From contig JAVJQW010000008.1 in the NCBI GenBank assembly GCA_040218735.1, forward strand, positions 128,001-192,000: a stretch of DNA of 64,000 nucleotides. Reading direction: 5' to 3'. The notes below the pieces were generated by a model. The model was not told the origin of the DNA. It was given only the letters and a program-made list of their open reading frames with translations, and searched no databases. How positions within the stretch are numbered: the stretch's first letter is position 1; each line of letters starts with the position of its first letter. This document shows positions 17,797-28,546 of this stretch, one piece after another. Position numbers and translations under genes: made by a program. This DNA comes from Deltaproteobacteria bacterium (GTDB taxonomy: Bacteria; Myxococcota; Kuafuiibacteriia; Kuafuiibacteriales; Kuafuiibacteriaceae).

Positions 17797-17862
17797 CGGC
17801 AGCCCTCAACAAACGAAACTCTCGTCTTCATCCATCGACCAAACACGCTACGGTGCCGAGCG

Positions 17863-18744
17863 ATGGACGGGGCGCACGCCACCAGGACGCGCGGCGTGCT
17901 CCTCACCGCCGCGGCGTCGGCGTTCGGGGCGATCTTCCTCGTGCCCTACCAGGCGGCGGTCGCCGCGGGCGACCGTGCCTCCGCGACCGCGGCGATGATC
18001 GCGTCGGCGGCGTTGTTCAACGTCATCGTGGCGATGTGGCGTCGGCGCGGTGTGGAGCCGCCCGCGCCCGGCACGATGCGTGTCGCCCTCGCGCTCGCGG
18101 TGCTCACGATCGTCGGGAACGTCTCGATCGCGCACTCCCTCCCGCAGATCGGCGCGGGCATGACGAGCGTCGTGATGAAGTCACAAGCGGTGCTCACCCC
18201 CCTCATCGCGTGGGTGACGATCCGCGAGAAGGTGAGCCCACACCTCTTCGTCGGCCTCGCGTTCGCGCTCGGCGGGTTCCTCGTCATGCAGTACGCCGAC
18301 GTCGACGCCAACGCGGTCTTCCCGTGGTGGGCGCTCGCGGCGGCGGTGGCGTTCTCGGGGATGTTGATCGTGACGCGCCGCTACATCCGCGGGCGCTCCA
18401 CCACCGACATCAACGCGATTCGGTTGGTGATCGCGGTGGTGCTCCTCTACGCGATCCCCGCCGAGCTCGGCGGCGCGCGGTTCTCGGACGACAGCGCGCT
18501 GTGGATCAACGCAGCGCTCGCAGGGGTGCTCGGACCGGGCATCAGTCGGCTGCTCCTGATGTCGGCGCTCCGCCACGTCACGGCGTCGATGGTCGCGTTG
18601 ATCGGGCTCGTCGGTCCGGTGTTTGCGTTCGTCGTCGCCTACTTCGTGTTCGCCGACGTACCGACGCCGATCGAGATCGCGGGCGCGCTGCTGATCCTCG
18701 GCGGCGTGGCCTGGCCGGTGTGGCGCGCTCAGTCGGTGAAGTAG
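17863..18744 (+). CDS. DMT/EamA family transporter
   Basis: About 10 hydrophobic segments in two repeats; C-terminal GALLILGGV. Confidence 0.8.
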   Translation: MDGAHATRTRGVLLTAAASAFGAIFLVPYQAAVAAGDRASATAAMIASAALFNVIVAMWRRRGVEPPAPGTMRVALALAVLTIVGNVSIAHSLPQIGAGMTSVVMKSQAVLTPLIAWVTIREKVSPHLFVGLAFALGGFLVMQYADVDANAVFPWWALAAAVAFSGMLIVTRRYIRGRSTTDINAIRLVIAVVLLYAIPAELGGARFSDDSALWINAALAGVLGPGISRLLLMSALRHVTASMVALIGLVGPVFAFVVAYFVFADVPTPIEIAGALLILGGVAWPVWRAQSVK

Positions 18745-20078
18745 AAGTAAGTCCCGTTCACGATGTTGAGTCGGGTGTGCCAGCCCTTGGGCATCGTGGG
18801 CCGCGACCAGTAGTACATCCAGCGCGCGTCGGCCGGGGCGAGGTTGGTGCAGCCGTGGCTTCGGGTGTTGCCGAAGACATCGTGCCAGTACGCGCCGTGC
18901 ACCGCGTACGGGCCGCGGTAGTACATCGTCCAGGGCACGTCTTCGACGTGGTAGATGCCTTCGACGGCGTCCTTCCCGCGCATCGTCTTCGTCAGGTACT
19001 TGCGCTGGATCTGGTAGAGGCCGTCCGGCGTATCGCGCCCGGGTTTGCCGGACGAGAACAGGCTCGCGTACACCGGCTCGTCGCCCTCGTACGCGACGAA
19101 GGCCTGCTGCTCGAGATCGAAGTGCACCCACTTCGCGTAGCTCGGAACCTTCGACGGTCTTCGGACCTCGCTCGCGATACGCACGCTGTCCGTGGCCACC
19201 AGCCGATTCCGCGGCGTGACGACGTAGCGCTCGCCGTCGATCTCGACCTGTCGATCGACCTCGAATCGCGCGTGGTGCTCGGCCGTGCCGCACGCTTCGA
19301 GGCCATCCGGTGCGTTGCAGAAGACCGGCTGCGCTTCTTCGTGGTGCACGAACGCAATCGGCAGCTCGACGTGGTCGCCGAGGTGCTCGCCGAGCATCGG
19401 GGAGCCGTTGCGGATCTTCAGCGCGTCCGCCCGCACGTACTCACCGCGAACGGTGCGGAACCAGGTTCGGTCGAGTTTGTTCTCTCGGCGATCGAGCGAG
19501 AGGAAGAAGTCACCGAACATCGGCTCCACCACGACGTTGGGACGCTTTCGTCCCCAGTCGCGGGTCTCGAGGGTGTGAAGCTCGTCGGCGTCGCGCGGGA
19601 GGCGCTTCAGGCGGAGCGCGCCTTTGTCGGTCACACGTGCGTAGCGAAACGGGAGCGGTCGATCCACGTCGGGGCGGCGGGTGTTGGACGCCGGACCACG
19701 CGCTCGCGAGAAGCCGTACGTGTTGCAGAGGTAGCCGCCGTTGGGGAGCGCGTACCAGCGTCCGCGTCTGCCGTTGCAGCGTCGCCACGTGCGCGCGCGT
19801 CGCGCGACGGTCATCGCTCCGCGCCAGAACCGACCGATCACGCGCCGTCCTCGCTGAACCTTGTTGTAGATCGGTGCGCGGAATCGGTCCGCGACGAAGA
19901 CGTAGGGGTGTGCGTCGGTGCCGTCCTCGAACGTGCGTGCGCCGGTTCCGTCGTAGACCGGCGTCCAATCGTCGCGTTCGGGGCCCTCGAGAACGATCTC
20001 TTCCGCGAACGCGTCGTGGGTGGACGCGCAGACGAGGGCGAGTCCGGCGACCGCGCATAGGATGCGTCGATGCCTCAA
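18729..20078 (-). CDS. L,D-transpeptidase (YkuD) family protein
   Basis: YAVHGAYWHDVFGNTRSHGCTNL catalytic His/Cys motif; SSGKPGRDTPDG; signal peptide. Start uncertain (TTG). Confidence 0.85.
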   Translation of the reverse strand: MRHRRILCAVAGLALVCASTHDAFAEEIVLEGPERDDWTPVYDGTGARTFEDGTDAHPYVFVADRFRAPIYNKVQRGRRVIGRFWRGAMTVARRARTWRRCNGRRGRWYALPNGGYLCNTYGFSRARGPASNTRRPDVDRPLPFRYARVTDKGALRLKRLPRDADELHTLETRDWGRKRPNVVVEPMFGDFFLSLDRRENKLDRTWFRTVRGEYVRADALKIRNGSPMLGEHLGDHVELPIAFVHHEEAQPVFCNAPDGLEACGTAEHHARFEVDRQVEIDGERYVVTPRNRLVATDSVRIASEVRRPSKVPSYAKWVHFDLEQQAFVAYEGDEPVYASLFSSGKPGRDTPDGLYQIQRKYLTKTMRGKDAVEGIYHVEDVPWTMYYRGPYAVHGAYWHDVFGNTRSHGCTNLAPADARWMYYWSRPTMPKGWHTRLNIVNGTYFYFTD

Positions 20079-20160
20079 GCCACCTGTGACAGTAGGGGGT
20101 GAGGGTGACCGGCCGCAACCGCGGACCATCGGTTGCGAGCTGCAGTTCGTTCGCTACACT

Positions 20161-21060
20161 GTGCGCGTGCCGCCTTCGTGGAAGGAGAGCGTCGAGCACA
20201 CCGTCCTGCAACACCCGCTCCTCGAGACGAAGCCGTCGCTGGCGGGGTTGCGGGCCGGGCGCGAGGCGCGCCCCGAGACCATCTTCATGGGTTTCGGACT
20301 CTGCACGCAGGCTCGCCTGACTCGCGCTGTACCCATCGACATCCTCGGGATGCTGTTGCCCGGCGAAGCGCTGCGCCGCGCGGCCGGTGCGCGACGAATC
20401 ATCGTGCTGATCGCCGACCGCCACGCCGTCATGCATCACCCCGCGGACGGCGTCGAACGCTGCGCGCGTTACATGCAGCGTGTCCTGGAGCGAGCGTCGT
20501 CGCAGCTTCCGCTCGGGACGTTGGAGGTGTGGCGCGCGTCGGACTTCCACGACGAGCCCGAGTTCAGACGCCGCCTCGATCACATCGACGAGCTCGCGAG
20601 CGACGAAGCCTCGGCGTACCTGCTCCGGCAAGTCGCGGACGTCGATTATCTTCAAGAGAACGTCGGCCCTCTGCTCAAGCTGGGGTGGTGTCTCTCCGGG
20701 CGTCGTGTGCACGACGTCTCGAACCTCTACGACGAGCGCGGCTTCGACGCGTACGTGAAGCCGCTCGCCGGCAAACGCCCGCCGTTCGTCTACGCGAAGG
20801 CGGGGCGCACGCTGAACGACCGTCGCAAGAAGGCACCGCCCTACGTCGTGGCGGAGCCGGAGCGGCGCATCTGCCTCACGCCCGAGGAGGACCCGGTCTC
20901 GAAGCTCGAGCGCGTCAGCAAGGAGGTCTCGCGCGAGACCTACCGCGGTGTGAAGAACCACCTCGCGGCGATCGCGAAGTCATACGCGGACCTCGTCCCG
21001 GACGCCGCGTCGGAGCTCGACGAGCGCCTCGAAGGTCTGGTGAGGAAACTCGCGGCTTGA
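20161..21060 (+). CDS. Hypothetical protein resembling a class Ic aminoacyl-tRNA synthetase catalytic domain (TyrRS/CDPS-like fold)
   Basis: IFMGFG, IIVLIADRHA, WRASDF, YLLRQVADVDYL and RICL..EED..SKL occur in the same order as archaeal TyrRS motifs; no HIGH, KMSKS or anticodon domain. Start uncertain. Confidence 0.5.
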   Translation: MRVPPSWKESVEHTVLQHPLLETKPSLAGLRAGREARPETIFMGFGLCTQARLTRAVPIDILGMLLPGEALRRAAGARRIIVLIADRHAVMHHPADGVERCARYMQRVLERASSQLPLGTLEVWRASDFHDEPEFRRRLDHIDELASDEASAYLLRQVADVDYLQENVGPLLKLGWCLSGRRVHDVSNLYDERGFDAYVKPLAGKRPPFVYAKAGRTLNDRRKKAPPYVVAEPERRICLTPEEDPVSKLERVSKEVSRETYRGVKNHLAAIAKSYADLVPDAASELDERLEGLVRKLAA

Positions 21061-21932
21061 GGTTCTTCGAACGGCTCGCCGTTCGCGGGTTCGACGTCGC
21101 AGCGCGCGGATTCGAGAGGCTCGCCGCGGTGAACGCGGACGCCGCCCGCACCTCGCGTTTCCTCCGCGAGCACGTGCGCATGGAGGCGCGTGCCTCCGAT
21201 ATCTATGTCGCGAGTTATCCGCGCAGCGGGACGACGTGGATGCAGATGGTGCTGCACCAACTCACGACCGACGGCGCGCTCGACTTCGCGCACATCAGCG
21301 AGGTCCAGCCCTGGTACGAGCGGAGCCTCGCGCTCGGTACACGAACGGCGTCGTCGTTCGCGTCGATGGCGTCGCCGCGGGTCTTCAAGAGTCACCTGCT
21401 GCGCCAGTGGTTACCGCGCACAGGGCGCTTCGTGTACGTGGTGCGCGACGTCTGCGATGTCGTCGTCTCGTACCACCGCTTCTACGAGAGTCACCTCGGG
21501 TACCGCGGGACGTTCGATGCGTTCTTCGATCGCTTCGTAGAGGGTCATGTGCAGTACCGGTCGTGGTTCGATCACGTCGCCGCCTGGCGGGACCACGAGG
21601 GGGAGCCGGACGTCTTCTTCGTCGACTACGGTGCGATGAAGGCGGACCCCGTCGCCACGGTGCAGCGGCTCGCGACGTGGCTCGGGTCGACGTCGGTCGA
21701 CGTGGAGCGCGCGGTGGAACGTTCGAGCTTCGCGGCGATGAAGGCTCACGAGTCGAAGTTCGATCCGATCACCGAGCATCTGATCGACCGCGGACACATC
21801 GCGGGTCGTTTCCTACGCGAGGGCAACAGCGGGGTTGGTGCGTCGGCGCTGACGGACGCTCAGCGGGCGCGGCTCTCGGAGCCCGCGACGCGTCGCGTGG
21901 CGCCGTGGGACATCGCGGCGTTCCTTCACTGA
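21057..21932 (+). CDS. PAPS-dependent sulfotransferase (Sulfotransfer_1 family)
   Basis: 5'-PSB YVASYPRSGTTW; KSHL; 3'-PB RDVCDVVVS; FLREG. TTG start overlaps the upstream TGA. Confidence 0.88.
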   Translation: MRFFERLAVRGFDVAARGFERLAAVNADAARTSRFLREHVRMEARASDIYVASYPRSGTTWMQMVLHQLTTDGALDFAHISEVQPWYERSLALGTRTASSFASMASPRVFKSHLLRQWLPRTGRFVYVVRDVCDVVVSYHRFYESHLGYRGTFDAFFDRFVEGHVQYRSWFDHVAAWRDHEGEPDVFFVDYGAMKADPVATVQRLATWLGSTSVDVERAVERSSFAAMKAHESKFDPITEHLIDRGHIAGRFLREGNSGVGASALTDAQRARLSEPATRRVAPWDIAAFLH

Positions 21933-22822
21933 GCCGAGCGCGCGAGGCCCTCGGCGAGGAGGTCGAACACCACCCGGATGCGGCGGCTCGTGCGCAGCTC
22001 GCGGTGCGCGGTGAGCCACACCGGGACGGGGAGCGCCGGCAGGTCGGGGAGGACACGTTCCATGAGCGGGTCGCGGTCGCCGACTTCGTCCATCACGATG
22101 CAGATGCCCATGCTCTGGCGCGCGAGCTCCCACTGCACGAGGTGGTTCTCGGTGACGATCGGGAAGTGCTTCGGCGTGAGCTCGACGCCGAGCTGCGCGA
22201 GCCCTTGGATCATGCGTTCGGAGCGATCGAAACCGAAGAACTCGGCGCGCTTCAGATCCTCGGGTTTCTTGGGGCGGCCGATCCGTTCGAGGTACTCGGT
22301 CGACGCGTAGAGGCGCGCGCTTCGATCCGCGATCTTCTTGGCGATGAGCTCCGGTTGTTTGGGTTGGAAGTTGCGCACCGCGATGTCGGCTTCGCGTCGG
22401 CGGAGGTCGCGCGCCGCGTTCGACGGGACGATCTCCAGCTCGATGCCGGGATACTCGAGCCGACACCGCGCGAGGATCGGCGGGAGGACGTGTGCGGCGA
22501 TGAGCTCACTCGACGTGAGGACGACGGTCCCGTCGACTTCGAGCGATTGCCCGGCCGCGGTGCGGGAGATCGCGGTCGCGGCTTGGCCCATCGCGCGGAC
22601 GTGCTCCAACAACTCGAGCCCGGCGGCGGTCAGCTTCAGTCGGTGCCCGACACGTTCGAAGAGCGCGACGCCGAGCTCCTCCTCCAGCGCGGTGACCTGA
22701 CGTCCGACGGTGGGTTGCGCCATCTTGAGCGCCCGCGCGGCGGCCGAGAACGTCCCCTCCTCGGCCGCGACGAGGAACGCCCGTGCTCGGTTCCAGTCGA
22801 AGCGAACGGACCGCCATTCCAT
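21926..22822 (-). CDS. LysR family transcriptional regulator
   Basis: AFLVAAEEGTFSAAARALKMAQPTVGRQVTALEEELGVALFER HTH; READIAVR. Confidence 0.93.
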   Translation of the reverse strand: MEWRSVRFDWNRARAFLVAAEEGTFSAAARALKMAQPTVGRQVTALEEELGVALFERVGHRLKLTAAGLELLEHVRAMGQAATAISRTAAGQSLEVDGTVVLTSSELIAAHVLPPILARCRLEYPGIELEIVPSNAARDLRRREADIAVRNFQPKQPELIAKKIADRSARLYASTEYLERIGRPKKPEDLKRAEFFGFDRSERMIQGLAQLGVELTPKHFPIVTENHLVQWELARQSMGICIVMDEVGDRDPLMERVLPDLPALPVPVWLTAHRELRTSRRIRVVFDLLAEGLARSAQ

Positions 22823-22834
22823 GCGAAAACGCAT
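22821..22834. promoter_or_regulatory. Inverted repeat ATGCG-AAAA-CGCAT, candidate LysR binding site
   Basis: Perfect 5-bp inverted repeat at the lysR start, between the divergent lysR and oxidoreductase genes. Confidence 0.4.
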
Positions 22835-22907
22835 ATCACGGTTTCAGGATCGGGCGTCGACCGAATCGCGCTACGCGCGTATCAATGGACCCAAGGAGAC
22901 CGACAGA

Positions 22908-23708
<801 letters not shown>

Positions 23709-24978
23709 ATCGCGACGTAGCCGATCCTCCCCCCGACCGAGGCGTTCGCGCCGGGCCCGTTTCCGATGAACACCGAGTCGCCGGCGAGGAGCTTGATGGA
23801 CCTGTGGCGATCGGGGCCGAGCTGCGACGACGGGCCGGGCGATCCGTCCAAGTAGAGGTCGACACGGTTAGTGATGAACGGTTGGCTCGTGTCGAGGACG
23901 ACCGTGATCACTTCGCGCTGAAGGGGCCCACCGAGCACGACGTTCCAACGGATGTCGGTGCTGCCGTCGAGCGCGAGGATCAGCTGGTTTTGGGTGACGT
24001 AGAGGCCGAGCGCTCCGCCAGACATCGGTCCGAGGTACACCAGGCTCGACGCCACGCTGCTCGGGGCCAAATCCTCGACGACGATCTCGATCGTCGCGCG
24101 ACGCCCATCCTGCAAGCCCACCAACACCTTCGGCGACACGAGGTCCCCGAACGCACCCGCGCCACCGGGAACGCTCCACGACGCGCTTCGCCCGGCCGAC
24201 CCTTCGACGTAGGTCGGACCGTTCGGGGAGGTCATACGCTCCAGGTTCAGCGGCTCACCCGGCGCCGAATCGATGGCCCGCCGCGCGGCGCCCGACTGGG
24301 GGTCTTCGTCGAGGAAGTACCGCACGAGGAGGCCGTTCTCGACGAGCGGAGGGATCCCGCTGTCGCGGTTCGTGCCGCCGTCCCGGACGCCGGCGTCCTG
24401 TGTACCCCCGTCGCGTGCGACGCCGCCGTCGCGGCGATCCATGTCGCCCCCGTCGCGCTCTTGGCCGGCGTCCTGTGCGGGGGGGCCGCCGTCGCGGATC
24501 CCGGCGTCGCGTCGCTCGGGCGCACACGCGGCGACGGTGGCGGCGATGTCGCTGCCGTCGACGCCGCAGGGTTCGGCGGGGACACACGGTGGGCAGTCGT
24601 CGGAACACCAGCGCTCGAAGCGACCGACGACGACGACGCGGGTGTTGTCGACGAACGCGGACTCCAGGCAGAGGTCGGCGCTGCGGTCGTCATTCTCGGC
24701 TCTCAAGTGAACGAACAACGCGCCCTCGCGATCGTCGCCGGGGACGATCGCGTAGGACAGCGGCAGCGGTCCGTGGTCCGCGAGCTCGAACGTTGTCGCG
24801 TCGACCGGCGCGGCCGGGGCCGCGGAGCCGAGGGACGACCACGCGTGCACCCGGTCGATCGAGGACCACAGCTCGGACGTCGCGTCGACGACCACGACCA
24901 GCTGCGTCGGCTCGCGGCACCCGGCGCACGCCAAGAGGCAGAGGCCGACCCAGCGTCCGGTCCGTCCGATGCCGACCG

Positions 24979-25683
24979 TCATCCCTCGGGACCTCGGGAG
25001 GGCATCGTAAACGCGCCGGTCGTTCCGCCGAACGGATCGCGTTCCGTCGTCGCGGCGACGCCGATGGCGATGGCGCCGAGCACGACGACGACGGCGCCGC
25101 CGACGATCCAGGGCCAAGCCGGCCCCGACGTTTCTTCGGACGGCGCCGGTGAGGTCGCCGCCGTAGCCGGCGACGAAGCGACCGGCGTTGGCGGGGTCGT
25201 TACCGCTTCGAGCTTCGGCTTCGGGCGCTCGACCGGGCAGGACCAGGTCTCCGTCTCTTCGTTGCGGCGACGCACCTCGGCATCGAGATCTTCGGCGCCG
25301 TCGACGGAGCGGGCCATCACCGCGCGGGCACCGAAGACGTCGCCGCCCGTGGCGACGTACGCTTCGGCGCAGCGGTAGAGTCGGTCGGTCGAGCGCTTCG
25401 ACTTGGGCCGGGTGAACTCCAGGTCCGGAGCGTGGGTCTCGGCCTCGACGAAACACGCGAATGCGGCGATCGGCTCGCCGAGCGCGTTGCGAACGACACC
25501 TTCGCCGTAGGCGAGCCGCGCGATGTCTTCACGTGAAGTCGCCGAAGCGCGCGCTTCGAGGATGACTTGGAGCGCGGGCTCCATCGCGGCGAAGACCATG
25601 AACTCGTCGGCCTTCGCGAGCGCGACGTCGGCGGTGGGTGGCGCGGCGATCGACAGAGTCATCGCCGCGATCAACCCGTGCAT
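24979..25683 (-). CDS. Hypothetical exported helical (TPR-like) protein with C-terminal TM
   Basis: Signal-like N-terminus; PAWPWIVGGAVVVVLGAIAIG TM; ATGA overlap with the downstream gene. Confidence 0.6.
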   Translation of the reverse strand: MHGLIAAMTLSIAAPPTADVALAKADEFMVFAAMEPALQVILEARASATSREDIARLAYGEGVVRNALGEPIAAFACFVEAETHAPDLEFTRPKSKRSTDRLYRCAEAYVATGGDVFGARAVMARSVDGAEDLDAEVRRRNEETETWSCPVERPKPKLEAVTTPPTPVASSPATAATSPAPSEETSGPAWPWIVGGAVVVVLGAIAIGVAATTERDPFGGTTGAFTMPSRGPEG

Positions 25684-25721
25684 CGTCTCGGAGCGTGGCT
25701 GCTACCCGCCGCCGACGCAAG

Positions 25722-28157
25722 TCACCGGAAGACGCGGCGGGTGCTGGCGCCCGGATCGAGCTCGACCTCGGCGCGTTCGACGCGGCCATCGCCGAGGTCG
25801 ACGGCGACGACGACTTTGCGGCACGCGGGGACGTGGACGCGCGCAGGGGTTCGACTGACGCGCCGGCCGTCCACTTCGATCGGTCGGTCGGTCGGTGACG
25901 ACGCGATCGCGATCGTCGCGCGGTCCGAGGGGCGGCAGACGACGAGGCGCACTGCACGCGAACGACCACCTCGGACCACGAACGAGCGTCGCGCCCGCCG
26001 GGTCCCCTCCGGGCGCGCCTCGACGACGTGGCGACCCTCCGCGACGCGCGTCCGGAGCGGGCTGAGTCCCGCGAGCGCGCCGTCCAGGTAGATCGGCGTC
26101 TTCGTCGCGCGGCCCTCGTGGTCCTGCGTGTGGATCTCCACGGCGGTCAGCGACGGGGGCGCGACGTCCGCGGCCCCCGCGCCGGCGTCGGGCGCGTTCG
26201 TGGCGAGGCGCGGTGGTTTCTCCGAGCTCGATCGCGCGCTGTCGCGGTTCGAGGAGGGCGGCGGTGCTTCGCGTGGGACGATCGCGCCGGACGAGCGCGC
26301 GCCGTTCGCGGGCGCGCCGTTCGCGGGCGCGCGGGCTGTCGCCCCGCCGTTCGAGGCTCCGCCGCTCGCGGGCGCGCCCGTCGGTGCGCCGCCGTTCGCG
26401 GTTACGCCGTTCGACGCGCGGCCGCTCGGTGCTCCGCCGTTGGAGGCTCCGCCGCTCGCGCGAGCACCGTTCGCGGGCGCGCGGGCCGTCGCCCCGCCGT
26501 TCGAGGCTCCGCCGCTCGCGCGAGCACCTTTCGCGGTCGCGCCGTTCGCGGTCTCGCCCTTCGCGCGCGCGCGGGCCGACGCCCCGCCGTTCGCGGTTGC
26601 GCCGTTCGACGCTCCGCCGGTTGGTGCTCCGCGGTTCGGCGCTCCGCCGTTCGCACGTGCACCGTTCGCGGTTGCGCGGTTCGATTCTCCGCCGTTCGCG
26701 GTAGCGCCCGTCGGTGCTCCGCCGTTCGCGGTTGCGCCGTCCGACGCGCCTCGCGCCGACGCTCCGCCGTTCGCGGCTGCGCCGTCCGACGCGCCTCCCG
26801 TCGACGCTCCGCCGTTCGCGGCGCCGACCGCCGTCGCTCCGCCGTTCGCGGCTGCGCCATTCCACGCGCCTCCCGCCAACGCTCCGCCGTTCGCGGCCGC
26901 GCCGTCCGAGGCTCCGCCGATCTCTGCGCCGCGGATCGCCGCCACGGCGTTCGAGCCCATGGGCGACGGCTCCGCCGCGCGCCTCTCTGCAGACGTCCCC
27001 GACCGCGGGACGACGACGGGCTGCGCCTCCACGCGGCTGACACTCGCCGCGGCCACGGGCGCTTCGCCCGACGATCGCGGGGCGGCCTGCATGGCAACGA
27101 TCGCGATCGCCGCCGCCATCGCGACGGCGCCCCACAGCCACCAGCGGCGCCTCGGCGGTTCGGCCGGGGTGGCTTCGATCTTCGTGTCCACGGGCGCGGC
27201 GATCGCGATCGGAACCGTCGGCGGGGCTTCCGGTTCCAGCTCGTGGACATCCGTCGAGTGCGCCACGAGGGGCAGCGCATCGATGGTGCCGCTCGGCGGC
27301 GCGGACAAGTCGAGCTCCGCGAGTCGCGCCTCGAGCTCGGCGGCGCTGGGCCGCGCCTCGGGGACGAACGCCAGGCAGTCCTCGATCAGCGCTTCGAGCC
27401 CGTCGATCGAGCGGACGTCGCCGAGCTCGAGCGGCGGTCGCAGCCCGAGTGACTTGTTGTGCATGATCGCGATCGCGGTGCCTTCGTACAGGCGCCGCCC
27501 CGTGCACATCTCGTGGAGCAACAGACCGAGCGCGTACACGTCCGACGCCGCGGTCACGCCGTCGTTGGTCACCTGCTCGGGCGCCATGTAGCGCGGCGTC
27601 CCGAGGAAGACGCCCGTCGCGGTGAGCGAGGCTTCGTCATCGAGGTGGTGTTCGAGCTTCGCGATACCGAAGTCGAGGAGCTTCAGGGTGCGGCCGTCCG
27701 GGAGGACGAAGACGTTCGACGGCTTGAGGTCGCGATGGGTCACGCCGGCTTCGTGCAGCACGACGAGCGCGTGTGCGATCTGCGTCGTGAAGTCGACGGC
27801 GCGTTCGATGGTGATCGGCCCCTCGGCGAGGAACCGGTCGAGCCCCTTGCCGTCGAGGAGCTCCATCACGAGCGCGACGCACGGCGGATCGTCCGACTCG
27901 ATGAAGTCGAAGACGTCGACGAACGACGGGTGTCGGATCTGATTGACGATGCGCGCCTCGCGCATCATGCGCGCGACCGCTTCGGGGTCCGCGGACTGTC
28001 CGGGGACGAGGATCTTGATCGCCGCGGTGCGCCCCAGCCGAACGTGTGTCGCGCGGTAGACCGTGCCGACGCCGCCTCGACCGATCACGCCGTTGAGGCG
28101 AAAGCTGCCGAGGGTCGAGCCGATAGGTACGGGGAGTGTGCGTTTCTTCGGGGGCAC
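25722..28157 (-). CDS. Membrane Ser/Thr protein kinase with Gly/Ala/Asn pentapeptide-like repeat region and PEGA domain
   Basis: GRGGVGTVY, AAIKIL, HRDLKPSN, DFG, YMAPEQ; TM after RRRWW; PEGA-like IYLDGALAGLSPL...GRHVVEAR. Confidence 0.9.
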   Translation of the reverse strand: MPPKKRTLPVPIGSTLGSFRLNGVIGRGGVGTVYRATHVRLGRTAAIKILVPGQSADPEAVARMMREARIVNQIRHPSFVDVFDFIESDDPPCVALVMELLDGKGLDRFLAEGPITIERAVDFTTQIAHALVVLHEAGVTHRDLKPSNVFVLPDGRTLKLLDFGIAKLEHHLDDEASLTATGVFLGTPRYMAPEQVTNDGVTAASDVYALGLLLHEMCTGRRLYEGTAIAIMHNKSLGLRPPLELGDVRSIDGLEALIEDCLAFVPEARPSAAELEARLAELDLSAPPSGTIDALPLVAHSTDVHELEPEAPPTVPIAIAAPVDTKIEATPAEPPRRRWWLWGAVAMAAAIAIVAMQAAPRSSGEAPVAAASVSRVEAQPVVVPRSGTSAERRAAEPSPMGSNAVAAIRGAEIGGASDGAAANGGALAGGAWNGAAANGGATAVGAANGGASTGGASDGAAANGGASARGASDGATANGGAPTGATANGGESNRATANGARANGGAPNRGAPTGGASNGATANGGASARARAKGETANGATAKGARASGGASNGGATARAPANGARASGGASNGGAPSGRASNGVTANGGAPTGAPASGGASNGGATARAPANGAPANGARSSGAIVPREAPPPSSNRDSARSSSEKPPRLATNAPDAGAGAADVAPPSLTAVEIHTQDHEGRATKTPIYLDGALAGLSPLRTRVAEGRHVVEARPEGTRRARRSFVVRGGRSRAVRLVVCRPSDRATIAIASSPTDRPIEVDGRRVSRTPARVHVPACRKVVVAVDLGDGRVERAEVELDPGASTRRVFR
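26290..26918 (-). repeat. Degenerate 15-bp tandem repeat encoding ANGGA/SNGAT-type pentapeptides
   Basis: Recurrent gctccgccgttcgcg / gcgccgttcgcg units on the + strand over about 630 bp. Confidence 0.8.
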
Positions 28158-28221
28158 GGGCCTGACGGCGCCGAGTATACAGTTTCCGCGCGCGGGGGGA
28201 GCTAGCCCGGACGATCGGAGC

Positions 28222-28524
28222 TCACGGACCGACGAGGTCGAGCAGGGCGCGAATCGTGACGTTGCTCTCGAGGTGGTGACGGAGCTTCTTCTTGTCCCGG
28301 ATGCGGTACGTGTTGCGGCGCCCGTCCTTCTTGACGGTCACGTAGCCCTCCTGCGCGAGTTCGGCGACGATGCGCTGAGCGGCGCGCTCCGTGATGCCGA
28401 CGTGCGTCGCCACGTCACGAAGACGCATCGAAGGGTCCTGCGCCAGGCAGAAGAGCACGTGGGCGTGGTTGGTGAGGAACGTCCAACCCTCCGTATGGGT
28501 CGGTGCTGCCGGTAGCTGAATCAT
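28222..28524 (-). CDS. Small winged-helix transcriptional regulator (MarR/ArsR-like)
   Basis: WTFLTNHAHVLFCLAQDPSMRLRDVATHVGITERAAQRIV...GRRNTY. Confidence 0.85.
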   Translation of the reverse strand: MIQLPAAPTHTEGWTFLTNHAHVLFCLAQDPSMRLRDVATHVGITERAAQRIVAELAQEGYVTVKKDGRRNTYRIRDKKKLRHHLESNVTIRALLDLVGP

Positions 28525-28546
28525 CGAAATCCCCTTCGTGCTCGTT

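Noticed and set aside
20161-21060. Calling this a true tyrosyl-tRNA synthetase or a canonical CDPS
   Set aside because: HIGH, KMSKS and the anticodon domain are missing, as are the CDPS GxSxxN and YxxxExP motifs; only fold-level resemblance is claimed.
26290-26918. Possible CRISPR array or non-coding repeat
   Set aside because: Degenerate in-frame 15-bp coding repeat with no unique spacers and no cas genes.
26128-27591. + strand APPF-repeat ORF (487 aa)
   Set aside because: Antisense reading of the kinase repeat region; no independent support.
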